From an uncultured bacterium (GTDB lineage: Bacteria; Patescibacteriota; Minisyncoccia; Phycocordibacterales; GWA1-40-21): a stretch of DNA of 64,000 nt. The notes beneath the pieces were generated by a model that was not told the origin of the DNA, ran no database searches, and worked only from the letters and a program-made list of their open reading frames with translations. Positions 30,379-39,209 of this stretch are shown piece by piece. The DNA lies in contig CAIKXY010000004.1 of NCBI GenBank assembly GCA_903831595.1, forward strand, positions 96,552-160,551. The letters run 5' to 3'. Position 1 is the stretch's first letter, and each line of letters starts with the position of its first letter. Position numbers and translations under genes: made by a program.

Positions 30379-30627
30379 AAGTCTTTCCATTTCTTGAAAA
30401 TAGACAAGAAACTTTTTCTTTTCTTCTTTGTCTATTTTCATCCAAAGCTTAGCCTGTTCTTTCATCTTCTCCTTTGGATTTATTAAACACTTATTTTCCT
30501 GATTTTGAAAAACATTATCAGGATTCCAGAGCGCGTATCTTGAATACAAATATGCTCTCCTCTTTCTGATTTTGTTTAATATTTCTAAAATGGAACTAAA
30601 TAACAATATAATTCCTAATGTGGTCAT
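30355..30627 (-). CDS. hypothetical basic small protein (90 aa)
   Basis: ORF track only. Confidence 0.3.
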   Translation of the reverse strand: MTTLGIILLFSSILEILNKIRKRRAYLYSRYALWNPDNVFQNQENKCLINPKEKMKEQAKLWMKIDKEEKKKFLVYFQEMERLKKKRRFF

Positions 30628-30703
30628 TATTGACCTCCTTTTCCAGGATTTATTGCTCTAATGAAAAGATAGCATTCTGGTAAACTAAAATCAATTCACC
30701 AAT

Positions 30704-31201
30704 TTATTTTTTAATAATAAAATAAACAACCAGTACAAAAATTGAAATAAAGACTTGTATGGAAATACCAAGCCAAATATACTTTTTGTCTTCAATGTCG
30801 TGACCAATCTTATCGTGAAGTCTTTGAAAAAAAATAAAAGGTTGCTTTTTAAAGCTATAATATAATAATTGAAAAAAATCTGGTAACCACGCACCAATAA
30901 TTCCTATAAGTGTTATCGCGGCGCTTTTTTCATCCCTCACAAATATTAAAAAACATAATATAAGAGCTCCAATCGCTTCAAATATAATAAATATTAATTT
31001 TAGTGCCGCAGCAGAACTTTTGAATATGGATACTACCGTTCTAGTTTTTTTATCCATAAAACTATTAATGTCATAATCCTTATGTGGAATCATATCCAAA
31101 ACATAATGACTAAGGAATGCGAATACAAAACCTAATACAGGCTCATTAGGAACCAAATTTGCAACAGCCGCACCTACAATAGCATGGGGAGTTAAAATCA
31201 T
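30704..31201 (-). CDS. membrane-bound metal-dependent hydrolase-like protein (YdjM/DUF457-like)
   Basis: N-terminal HAIVGAA..SHYVLDMIPH motif; multi-TM. Confidence 0.5.
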   Translation of the reverse strand: MILTPHAIVGAAVANLVPNEPVLGFVFAFLSHYVLDMIPHKDYDINSFMDKKTRTVVSIFKSSAAALKLIFIIFEAIGALILCFLIFVRDEKSAAITLIGIIGAWLPDFFQLLYYSFKKQPFIFFQRLHDKIGHDIEDKKYIWLGISIQVFISIFVLVVYFIIKK

Positions 31202-31303
31202 ATTGCCTGCCCTGTGTGAATTTTCACATTAATAATAACTATATTTAATAAATGATATTTAGCTGTATTCATTTTAATATTTTAAGTAATTTTGTAAAAT
31301 TCT

Positions 31304-32386
31304 TTACAGGGTTTTAATACAATTGTTAAATGCTGACACTTCCTTATTATAATCAGCAACCCTGGCTTTTATCTCTGATGCTAAATTATTATAAAGACCA
31401 GCTAAAGCATTTCTTTCAGAAACTTTTGTATTATATGTTTGTGTGTCAGCAGCACTAATTGTCTTTAATTCAGTATCTATATTTTTTATATTATTTAAAA
31501 TACTATCTGCAGAAAATTTATATTGAGTAATTTTGTCTTTTAAAATTACTTCGGGAGACGTACACCCGGTCATTGGCTTTCCAAAAATCTGTGTAGCTAT
31601 CCAAACAGATTGACCATTATACATTCCCTGCATTGCATAAACACCGATTTCTGTATAATTTTTATTTAAAATATTTGCTCTATGACCTGGACTATCCATC
31701 CACGCATTCACGATACCTTTTGACCCATTAAAATTTCCAAGTGCAATGTTTTCCCCAATAGTAATATATGAATAACCATTTTTTACCGCCTCTTTTGAAG
31801 CATTATCACCTGTCGGAGAATTGTGTTCAAAATATTGTTCTGCAAACATATCCTTAACTCGAATCTCAGCAATGTTTGATAAAATGCTATTATATTTCAA
31901 ATCAACCAGACTTTGGTCATTGTCTTTTCTGGCATTATTTGTAAACATAATAATTTGACTAACATTTAAATCTCCGCCCCCGACACCAACATTTGTCATA
32001 TATATATCTGGCTCAGGATTATTTATTGATGACGTCTTCGGTAATTCAGGATTTGAAATATTACTGTTCCCATTTAAATTTAGTAATGATGTTTGATTTA
32101 TTTTATTTGTTAAATCTGTGGGTACCTTGTACGAAATACAAAATCTTTTTCCAAGATTAGTTCTTAATTCCCCGTCTTTCCATTCCCCAATAGATAAAGA
32201 TAAAATATAATTTTTACAAAAATCATTCTTTATCTGTCCAACAATTTTTGTACTTACGAAATTAATAATACCAGAAACTGTGTCAGTAAAAGTGGATGCC
32301 TTTGCGACATTGCAAAATAACACCAAAAACACAAAAGAAATAGACAAAAATAGAATAACTATGCGCTTATTATAAAAAGGTATCAT
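31304..32386 (-). CDS. secreted CAP/SCP (PR-1-like) domain protein
   Basis: Signal peptide; C-terminal CAP motifs GHRANILNKNYTEIGV and WIATQIFG. Confidence 0.7.
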   Translation of the reverse strand: MIPFYNKRIVILFLSISFVFLVLFCNVAKASTFTDTVSGIINFVSTKIVGQIKNDFCKNYILSLSIGEWKDGELRTNLGKRFCISYKVPTDLTNKINQTSLLNLNGNSNISNPELPKTSSINNPEPDIYMTNVGVGGGDLNVSQIIMFTNNARKDNDQSLVDLKYNSILSNIAEIRVKDMFAEQYFEHNSPTGDNASKEAVKNGYSYITIGENIALGNFNGSKGIVNAWMDSPGHRANILNKNYTEIGVYAMQGMYNGQSVWIATQIFGKPMTGCTSPEVILKDKITQYKFSADSILNNIKNIDTELKTISAADTQTYNTKVSERNALAGLYNNLASEIKARVADYNKEVSAFNNCIKTL

Positions 32387-32455
32387 ATATAATATTATAC
32401 AATATAAACAAAAAAGACACTATAAAAAATTAATAATGGGTGTTATAATCAATAC

Positions 32456-32848
32456 ATGAAATTTTTTACAACCTATTTTGGTTATTTAAAATGGCATTAC
32501 GGTAAAGCACTTGCTACGACTTTTGCATTTTGGAAAAACATTTTGTATTTTTTATTTAATTATTTTTCACTTAAAAATTTAATTGGTAATTTTTTTTCTC
32601 CTTGGAAAAGACTTGCTGATAATTACCCAAAACAATTTAGTATTAAGGTGTATTTTGGTATATTTATTGTTAATACAATAATGAGAGTTGTCGGTATATT
32701 AATGAGAACAATAATTATATTTGTTGGGCTATCTGTGTGCTTGATATATATTGTATTGCTTCCCGTTTCACTACTTTTATGGTTAATGCTTCCTATAATA
32801 ACGATTGGTTTAATCGTATATGGTTTAATATTAATATTTTTTTCTTAG
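32456..32848 (+). CDS. small membrane protein (130 aa), translationally coupled to the downstream AAA+ gene
   Basis: Three predicted TM helices; the stop lies 4 nt before the next start. Confidence 0.45.
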   Translation: MKFFTTYFGYLKWHYGKALATTFAFWKNILYFLFNYFSLKNLIGNFFSPWKRLADNYPKQFSIKVYFGIFIVNTIMRVVGILMRTIIIFVGLSVCLIYIVLLPVSLLLWLMLPIITIGLIVYGLILIFFS

Positions 32849-32851
32849 ACA

Positions 32852-35329
32852 ATGAATATAAGAGAATACTTAAAACAAAGCTCGATATACAATGTTTTGG
32901 CAACAGAATCTTTGGTGTCAGAAAATTTTAGAAATAAATTATCGAAGATATCAAAAGTCATATTATCTATATTGGTATTAATTTTGATCTTGTTTTATTT
33001 TACTCAGCATTCAATAAAATTTACAAATTTTAAGAATTTTATTGTCATTCATGACTTAATAAATAGAACGGTTGGTCTTATTATGTTTAATGTTGGTATA
33101 TATATTTATTCAAGTATAGCAAGTTTTTATCTTGCATCAGAATATTATTTTGAAAAGATTACTCAAAATAAGTATAGCAAAGATGAACTATACACTTTTT
33201 CCGCTGGTAGGATTTTATATACTGGTAGAAAAACTGATATATTGCATGGTTTTTTTGCTTCAAAAATTGGAAGACTTATATTAATAAGATTGGGCATAAA
33301 TACAAAAGATATCAATTTTTTTTATAATTCAGAGAATATTACTACAGATGAAAATGTACCAGTTGTAGATGGACAGATATTAAAATTGAAGGATATTGCA
33401 AAATATCTATATAATACAAAACCAAATTTTGTTAAATTTTTAAATGATAGAGGCATTAGTGATAAAGAGCTTTTTGGTACGATAGAATGGGTTATCTATG
33501 AAATTGAAACGAAAGAATACCAATCACAGTGGTGGAGGCCGGAAATATTATCTACAAAAAAAAGGATTGCTAGTGACTGGTCCTTTGGAAAAACATTTCT
33601 TCTAGAAAGGTATGGCAGAAACTTAATGAATGACTCCGAAGTAAATTCTGAAGCAATTTCATTTGAAAGCAGGGTAACTGAAATAAGCCAAATTGAAAAT
33701 GCCCTTTCAAAATCAACTGCTGCAAATGCAATGCTCGTTGGTGAGCCTGGGCAAGAAAAAATGCAAGTTATTTGGAGTTTGTGTAGAAATATAAAAAATA
33801 ATACCATTTCTCCAGCACTACAAAAGAAAAAACCGATCTTGCTAATGGCAAATATATTAATATCAGAGTGTGGAAGTAAAGATCTTTTAGAGAATCAAGT
33901 GTCAAAAATCCTAAACGAAGTTATTCGCGCTGGAAATGTAATACTAGTTATAGAAAATTTTACTGAATTATTTAAACATGCAGAAAACATTGGTAGTAAC
34001 TTTTTGGATTTGATTAATCCTTTTCTAAGTAGCTCAAGTATTCAAGTGGTTGCAATTGTAAATTCAATTGATTTTCATCAATATTTTGAGAATAATAAGT
34101 TATTGTCAAATAACATTGAGACAATTTTAGTTAGACCATTAACAGCGGATGAAGTAATAAAAATTGTTTACGCAGCAGCTCTTGAATCAGAAAAAAATTA
34201 TAAAATATATTTTACTTTTCAGGCTGTTCAGGAATTTGCAAATAGCGCAAGTTATTATTTTCCAAACGGCGTAACCTCCGATATTGCAATAAATCTATTA
34301 AATGAGATATCACCTTGGTCAAAGAGAAATGGGTATAAAATAATTGGTAAAGATGAAGTGCTTGAATATATTGAGCAAAAAACAAACATTCCAACTAGTG
34401 GAAAAATTTCAGCAAAAGAAAAAGAAAAACTACTTGATTTAGAAAATCAGATAGGAAAACGAGTCGTTGGCCAAAAAGATGCAATTGTTGCTATCAGTAA
34501 TTCTTTGAGACGTGCGAGAACTGGAGTAAGAAATCCAAATAAACCAATTGGCTCTTTTCTATTTCTTGGTCCTACTGGTGTGGGTAAAACTGAGACAGCA
34601 AAAGCACTTGCATACGTGTTTTTTGGAAGCGAGGAAAACATGATGCGCCTTGATATGTCAGAATATCAAACTGACGATTCTATGGAAAGGCTTATTGGCT
34701 CATTTAGTACGGGTAAACCAGGTGTATTTTCTAGTATGATTAGAGAGAAGCAGTACGGCGTCATTCTTCTAGACGAATTTGAAAAAACTCACAAGGATGT
34801 ATTAAACCTGTTCTTACAAATTCTTGATGAAGGTTTTTTCTCTGATACCTCTGGTCAAAAAGTAAATACGAGAAATATTATATTTATTGCAACTTCAAAT
34901 GCTGGTGCTAATACTATTTTTGAAATGGTTAATGCTGGGAAAAATCCAAAAGAAGCTCAGGATGAAATTATTGATGAAATAGTTAAAAATGGATTATTTA
35001 AACCTGAATTGATAAATCGTTTTGATGCAACAATTATTTATAAACCGCTTGAAAGTGATGACTTAAAACAAATTGCAAAAATAATGCTAACTAAAGTTGC
35101 AAGCAGAATGGTTGAAAAAGGTTTAACTCTAAATATTTCAGATGAACTTATTGACTATATCGTTAAGAATGGTTCAAATAAAGCCTTTGGTGCAAGACCA
35201 ATGAACAGATTTATTCAAGAAACAATAGAAGGAACAATTGCAAACCTTATTTTGAAAGGTGAGGCTATTTCAGGAAAAACAATATCATTTGTAGTAAATA
35301 ATAATAATTTAGTGACAGAAATCTCATAA
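32852..35329 (+). CDS. membrane-anchored ClpA/ClpB-like AAA+ ATPase with a degenerate D1 and an intact D2
   Basis: Two N-terminal TM helices. D1 Walker A degenerate (GEPGQEKMQV) and Walker B IEN in place of DE. D2 Walker A GPTGVGKTE, Walker B ILLDEFEKTH, sensor-2 GARPMNR. Confidence 0.8.
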   Translation: MNIREYLKQSSIYNVLATESLVSENFRNKLSKISKVILSILVLILILFYFTQHSIKFTNFKNFIVIHDLINRTVGLIMFNVGIYIYSSIASFYLASEYYFEKITQNKYSKDELYTFSAGRILYTGRKTDILHGFFASKIGRLILIRLGINTKDINFFYNSENITTDENVPVVDGQILKLKDIAKYLYNTKPNFVKFLNDRGISDKELFGTIEWVIYEIETKEYQSQWWRPEILSTKKRIASDWSFGKTFLLERYGRNLMNDSEVNSEAISFESRVTEISQIENALSKSTAANAMLVGEPGQEKMQVIWSLCRNIKNNTISPALQKKKPILLMANILISECGSKDLLENQVSKILNEVIRAGNVILVIENFTELFKHAENIGSNFLDLINPFLSSSSIQVVAIVNSIDFHQYFENNKLLSNNIETILVRPLTADEVIKIVYAAALESEKNYKIYFTFQAVQEFANSASYYFPNGVTSDIAINLLNEISPWSKRNGYKIIGKDEVLEYIEQKTNIPTSGKISAKEKEKLLDLENQIGKRVVGQKDAIVAISNSLRRARTGVRNPNKPIGSFLFLGPTGVGKTETAKALAYVFFGSEENMMRLDMSEYQTDDSMERLIGSFSTGKPGVFSSMIREKQYGVILLDEFEKTHKDVLNLFLQILDEGFFSDTSGQKVNTRNIIFIATSNAGANTIFEMVNAGKNPKEAQDEIIDEIVKNGLFKPELINRFDATIIYKPLESDDLKQIAKIMLTKVASRMVEKGLTLNISDELIDYIVKNGSNKAFGARPMNRFIQETIEGTIANLILKGEAISGKTISFVVNNNNLVTEIS

Positions 35330-35349
35330 ATATAGCCATAATAAATAGC

Positions 35350-35377
35350 TTGACAAAAAAAACAATTGGAGTACAAT
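35350..35377 (+). promoter_or_regulatory. consensus sigma70-type promoter TTGACA-N16-TACAAT, followed by the inverted repeat GTTATCA-N5-TGATAAC (35391-35409)
   Basis: Exact hexamer matches; no convincing CDS downstream before the terminator at 35589. Confidence 0.55.
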
Positions 35378-35588
35378 TGTGATGTAAATAGTTATCACCA
35401 GTTGATAACATTTACTGGGGTTCTTGGTTTTATATCTACCCCAAGTCTGTGCGATTATCCAGATACTCTTTTGTATCCAGACTATAATATCGCTCCCGTT
35501 CTTTTTTTGTTCTTTCAACAGTTAATAGGACTGTTAGTTATAATTTTTACTTTTGTAATTATTTAACTTATCCACCCTATTCAGCTTC

Positions 35589-35622
35589 CACTTCCGGAGG
35601 CTGTTTTTTTATTTTTAATAAC
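35589..35622 (+). terminator. intrinsic terminator (CAGCTTCC-ACTTCC-GGAGGCTG plus T7ATTTT)
   Basis: 8-bp stem with one G-U pair, followed by a long T-tract. Confidence 0.7.
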
Positions 35623-35651
35623 TTGACAAAGTTAAAATTATTTGCTACAAT
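35623..35651 (+). promoter_or_regulatory. consensus sigma70-type promoter TTGACA-N17-TACAAT; RBS AGGAGGT at 35664-35670
   Basis: Exact -35/-10 hexamers with 17-nt spacing, upstream of the ATG at 35678. Confidence 0.65.
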
Positions 35652-35677
35652 CGCTAACGGGAAAGGAGGTGATAAAA

Positions 35678-35881
35678 ATGGAAAACCTTTCCAAGGAGGA
35701 AATGGGAGAAATTGCCCTGAAATATGTTGCCATGAAACTTTATAAAGATGGCTTCACTATTTCAAAAAGTTCTTTGCGTGAAATAAATAATCACGCAAAG
35801 GAACTTGGCATCCCAGCTGAGAAACTGAAAGAGTTTCTCAGAGTTATGGTCCAGGAAACAATGGACCAGGTGTTCAAATAA
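35678..35881 (+). CDS. hypothetical small protein (67 aa), probably highly expressed
   Basis: Strong promoter plus a perfect Shine-Dalgarno. The track ORF starts at TTG 35642, but the ATG at 35678 with its RBS is preferred. Confidence 0.5.
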   Translation: MENLSKEEMGEIALKYVAMKLYKDGFTISKSSLREINNHAKELGIPAEKLKEFLRVMVQETMDQVFK

Positions 35882-35992
35882 TGAACACCAGCAACAAAAG
35901 CGTAGAGTTGAACCACATCTGTGGTTCGTAAAGGGGTAATTGCATCTCGCCAGGTTTGGCCAGATGTCAGAACAAGAACCCAGCTCCCGCTT

Positions 35993-36027
35993 AAGGCGCG
36001 GCGATAATCAGCGGCGCCTTTTTATTT
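35993..36027 (+). terminator. intrinsic terminator (AAGGCGC-N14-GCGCCTT plus TTTTTATTT) ending a GC-rich structured 3' region
   Basis: GC stem plus T-tract, 112 nt beyond the stop of the 67-aa gene. Confidence 0.6.
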
Positions 36028-36030
36028 GAC

Positions 36031-36735
36031 TTAAATTCTACTTTTTAAATATGCAATTCTTTTGTCCTCCTCAAATTTTTCAATTGCATAACGAAGCATG
36101 GTTCGTGGCATTTTTTTATAATATTTTTTCAGAAATTTTTCTTCCTCAGCTTGATTTCTGTTCCCCACTTCTCGCAACATCCAACCAACGGCTTTATGTA
36201 TCAAATCATGTTTATCATTCATTAATATTTTTGCTAGTCTCAAACTATCACTAAACTTTTCATTTTTTATAAATGTATACGTAGAAATAATTGAAATACG
36301 TTTCTCCCATAGATTATTTGATGCTGCAAATTTATATAAAATTGTTTTATTTTTATTTAATAAGTATTCCCCTACTATTCTAGGACTTGAAAGGTCTACA
36401 AGATCCCAATTGTTTGCTCGTTTTGCATTATTAATATAAAACTTAAATATTTTTTCTTGCTCATCCAGGTTCGCCATGGCGAACTTATCAACTAGTATAA
36501 GAAGTGCGCAAAGTCTTTCTTCGTGAATTTTTGAATACAATAATTTCTTTATTTCTGAAAGTGATAAATCTGTATATCTTTTAGCAACTTTTCTAACTTT
36601 TGGTACTTTAACGCCGATAAATACGTCTCCTTCACCATATTGGCCTTTTCCAGTTTTAAAAAACCATTGTAAATTGTCTGCATGATCAAAATCTGCTAAA
36701 AATTTCAAATCATTTTTTATGTCTTCTGCGGTCAT
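36031..36735 (-). CDS. DNA alkylation repair protein (AlkD/AlkC-like HEAT-repeat glycosylase family)
   Basis: Length and motifs (FFKTGKGQYGEGD, WDLVD) match the PF08713 family. Confidence 0.75.
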   Translation of the reverse strand: MTAEDIKNDLKFLADFDHADNLQWFFKTGKGQYGEGDVFIGVKVPKVRKVAKRYTDLSLSEIKKLLYSKIHEERLCALLILVDKFAMANLDEQEKIFKFYINNAKRANNWDLVDLSSPRIVGEYLLNKNKTILYKFAASNNLWEKRISIISTYTFIKNEKFSDSLRLAKILMNDKHDLIHKAVGWMLREVGNRNQAEEEKFLKKYYKKMPRTMLRYAIEKFEEDKRIAYLKSRI

Positions 36736-36739
36736 ATGT

Positions 36740-38620
36740 TTATATTCTTTGCTTCATATATAAACTAAATATTCTGGTAGAATTAATTAGTGGCAAAAAG
36801 TCAGTAAGAAAATTATAGGCGGAAGCTCCAGTCGGTTTTAAAATACTAAATAATACAAGTGCTAAACCTATTGTGTTTGTTACACCCCAGATAATAAAAT
36901 CCTGATTTGCAATTTTCATAACATATTTTGAAAGTCTGATAAGGTCTGGGATTTTTGAAAAATCGTCTTTCATCAAAATTACATTCGCTGACTCAATCGC
37001 AACATCATATCCAACAGCGCCCATCGCGATTCCAATATCTGCAAGTGTTAAAGAGGCCGCATCATTGATACCATCTCCCACCATTATCGTTTTATATTTT
37101 TTGCTTTGAGTTTTTTTAATGAAATCAAATTTTTCAGCAGGTAATAAGTTTGCATGATATTCTGTAAGCCCAACAGAATCAGAAATTCTTTTTGCTACTC
37201 TTTCATTATCTCCGGTCAACATGATGATTCTTTCCACTCCAAGCTTTTTCAAAGCTTCCATATCATCTTTAATATCAATTTTTATTTCATCTGCAATAAC
37301 GAAAAAACCTTTGAGTTCATTATTTAATGAAATAAGTGTCGTATTAAAGCCGTTATTTTCTTCAATGATAACCTGTTTTTTCATGCTATCAGAAATCATT
37401 ACACCACTTTCTTCTAAATAAGTCGTTTTCCCGAGAATCAAACGCTCGCCCTTAAAAACAGCAGAAATTCCCTTTCCACTTGTTTCAGCAAAATAATCTG
37501 GAGTAATCGTCCCTATATCTTCTTCTTTGTCTGTTTCAATATAATTTACAATTGCTTTTGATATCGGATGGTCTGAAAGAATTGCTAATATACCAGAATA
37601 ATTTAATATTTTTGCTTTTTCTTCCTCATTGCATACGTCAGAATCACAAATAAACTTTTCAACTTTTAATTTGCCTTTTGTAAGAGTCCCGGTTTTATCA
37701 ACAAAGACAACTTTTACATCACGAAGTGCTTCAAGATAGCTAGCACCCTTAATAATAATTCCATTTTTTGCACAATAACTTATTGCTGTTAAAAAGGTTA
37801 AGGGAACGGCTACCGCGACGTCATCAGCACAAACTACAAGTAAAATTGCTAGAACAAAAAGCAAATCTTTAGTAATAAAATACGCTACAATTGAGCCAAT
37901 AAATACAAGAACAAGATAAATTGAAGCGAATCTTTCCGCTGAAGTGTGGATATCAGGCTTATCTATTTGGGCCTGTTCAACAAGCTTAATAATTTTTTCA
38001 AGAGTTGTCTCTGCACCTATTTTTTCTGTTTCGACTATAAGATGACCTGTGAGAACCAACGTTGAACTGTAAACTTTATCATTCTTAATCTTTGAAACTG
38101 GTATTGATTCACCAGTAAGAGAAGATTCATCTGCTGTGGCCTCACCGTCAATAATCTTTCCATCAATTGGAATTCTTTCTCCTAAATCTACAATAACTAA
38201 ATCACCAACTTTTACTTCTTTTGGATCAATTTCAATAATTTTTCCATCACTTTCCTTTATTTTAACTTTCTTTGGTTTGAGTTTAAGTAAACTTTCAATA
38301 TTCTTTCTTGCCCTTGCTTCATTATAAGTCATAAATATTCTTGCCGAAGTAAGCATCAAGTTTATGAAAATTGCAGAAAGCCATTCTTGACTAGCAAGTG
38401 AAAAAACCAAAGCAATACTTGCAAGTAAATCAACAGATATTTTTTTATTTACAATACTTTTATATGCACTAAATAAAACAGACACAGTAGCTATTATTGC
38501 AATAATAATCAATAAATATTCTTGTAAAGAAAAAAGCTTCCAGTAAGTAATCGGAAGAATTACTAATAAACATAGGAGTAAAATATTATCGAAACTTATT
38601 ATATTATAAAATTTTTTCAT
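36740..38620 (-). CDS. P-type cation-transporting ATPase
   Basis: DKTGTLT phosphorylation motif, TGES-like actuator region, MLTGDN, GDGINDA hinge; about 8 TM. Confidence 0.85.
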   Translation of the reverse strand: MKKFYNIISFDNILLLCLLVILPITYWKLFSLQEYLLIIIAIIATVSVLFSAYKSIVNKKISVDLLASIALVFSLASQEWLSAIFINLMLTSARIFMTYNEARARKNIESLLKLKPKKVKIKESDGKIIEIDPKEVKVGDLVIVDLGERIPIDGKIIDGEATADESSLTGESIPVSKIKNDKVYSSTLVLTGHLIVETEKIGAETTLEKIIKLVEQAQIDKPDIHTSAERFASIYLVLVFIGSIVAYFITKDLLFVLAILLVVCADDVAVAVPLTFLTAISYCAKNGIIIKGASYLEALRDVKVVFVDKTGTLTKGKLKVEKFICDSDVCNEEEKAKILNYSGILAILSDHPISKAIVNYIETDKEEDIGTITPDYFAETSGKGISAVFKGERLILGKTTYLEESGVMISDSMKKQVIIEENNGFNTTLISLNNELKGFFVIADEIKIDIKDDMEALKKLGVERIIMLTGDNERVAKRISDSVGLTEYHANLLPAEKFDFIKKTQSKKYKTIMVGDGINDAASLTLADIGIAMGAVGYDVAIESANVILMKDDFSKIPDLIRLSKYVMKIANQDFIIWGVTNTIGLALVLFSILKPTGASAYNFLTDFLPLINSTRIFSLYMKQRI

Positions 38621-39110
38621 TTTGATTTCTTAATTTTTTCTTTAATACTCCATATTCATGTCCGGTCAAAAGCACGACAATTATATCAAGAATCGTAAAA
38701 GTCAAAAGCCAGATTGAGTGTGTAAAATAATATTCATAAACTTGATAAAAGATTAATAAGGTAAATACGACAATACTAACTGGGTATGCCCATATTTTTC
38801 TTCGAAACAAATTGATAACTAGAAAAAGTTTTACGATACCGTGGAGGAAAAGGTAAGTTCCCAAAAAATATTGTGAACTCACGGAAAAAGATGCAGCGGA
38901 ATTAACAATTAAATTTGCGACAACATCTTTCGGGTCATCAGACAATTCGTTGTGTAATAAATTTAGAACAAAAGTAATTATAAATGCTTTACTTACAAAC
39001 CATATAAAAATGCCGTTCACGATATCGCCAAAAGCTCCAATGCATTTTAAATAAAGTGTTGTTCGAAAAAAACTAAGGTATTCTTTTTCTTTTATTTGTG
39101 GAAATTGCAC
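38604..39110 (-). CDS. DUF2127-like small membrane protein
   Basis: Four predicted TM helices; overlaps the downstream gene start by 17 nt. Confidence 0.45.
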   Translation of the reverse strand: MQFPQIKEKEYLSFFRTTLYLKCIGAFGDIVNGIFIWFVSKAFIITFVLNLLHNELSDDPKDVVANLIVNSAASFSVSSQYFLGTYLFLHGIVKLFLVINLFRRKIWAYPVSIVVFTLLIFYQVYEYYFTHSIWLLTFTILDIIVVLLTGHEYGVLKKKLRNQNEKIL

Positions 39111-39144
39111 AACGAAATAATTATAGCATGATTTATTAATGCAA

Positions 39145-39185
39145 ATACAAATGGCGACTGCGAAGCAGTCGCCCTTTGTATTTAA
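39145..39185 (-). terminator. intrinsic terminator (GGCGACTGC-GAA-GCAGTCGCC)
   Basis: Perfect 9-bp GC stem 3' of the DEAD-box helicase gene. Confidence 0.7.
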
Positions 39186-39209
39186 TTTATATCTATGCCA
39201 TGGCGTAGA

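Noticed and set aside
35366-35566. 66-aa ORF in the track between the ClpB-like gene and the 67-aa gene
   Set aside because: It starts at TTG inside the promoter -10 region, is low-complexity and hydrophobic, and has no RBS. It is more plausibly non-coding (sRNA candidate).
35880-36027. The GC-rich structured region might be the small SRP (4.5S) RNA
   Set aside because: The conserved domain IV motif (GGUCAGG...GGAAGGAAGCAGC with a GNRA tetraloop) is not present. Only a short GUCAG...CAGC resemblance exists.
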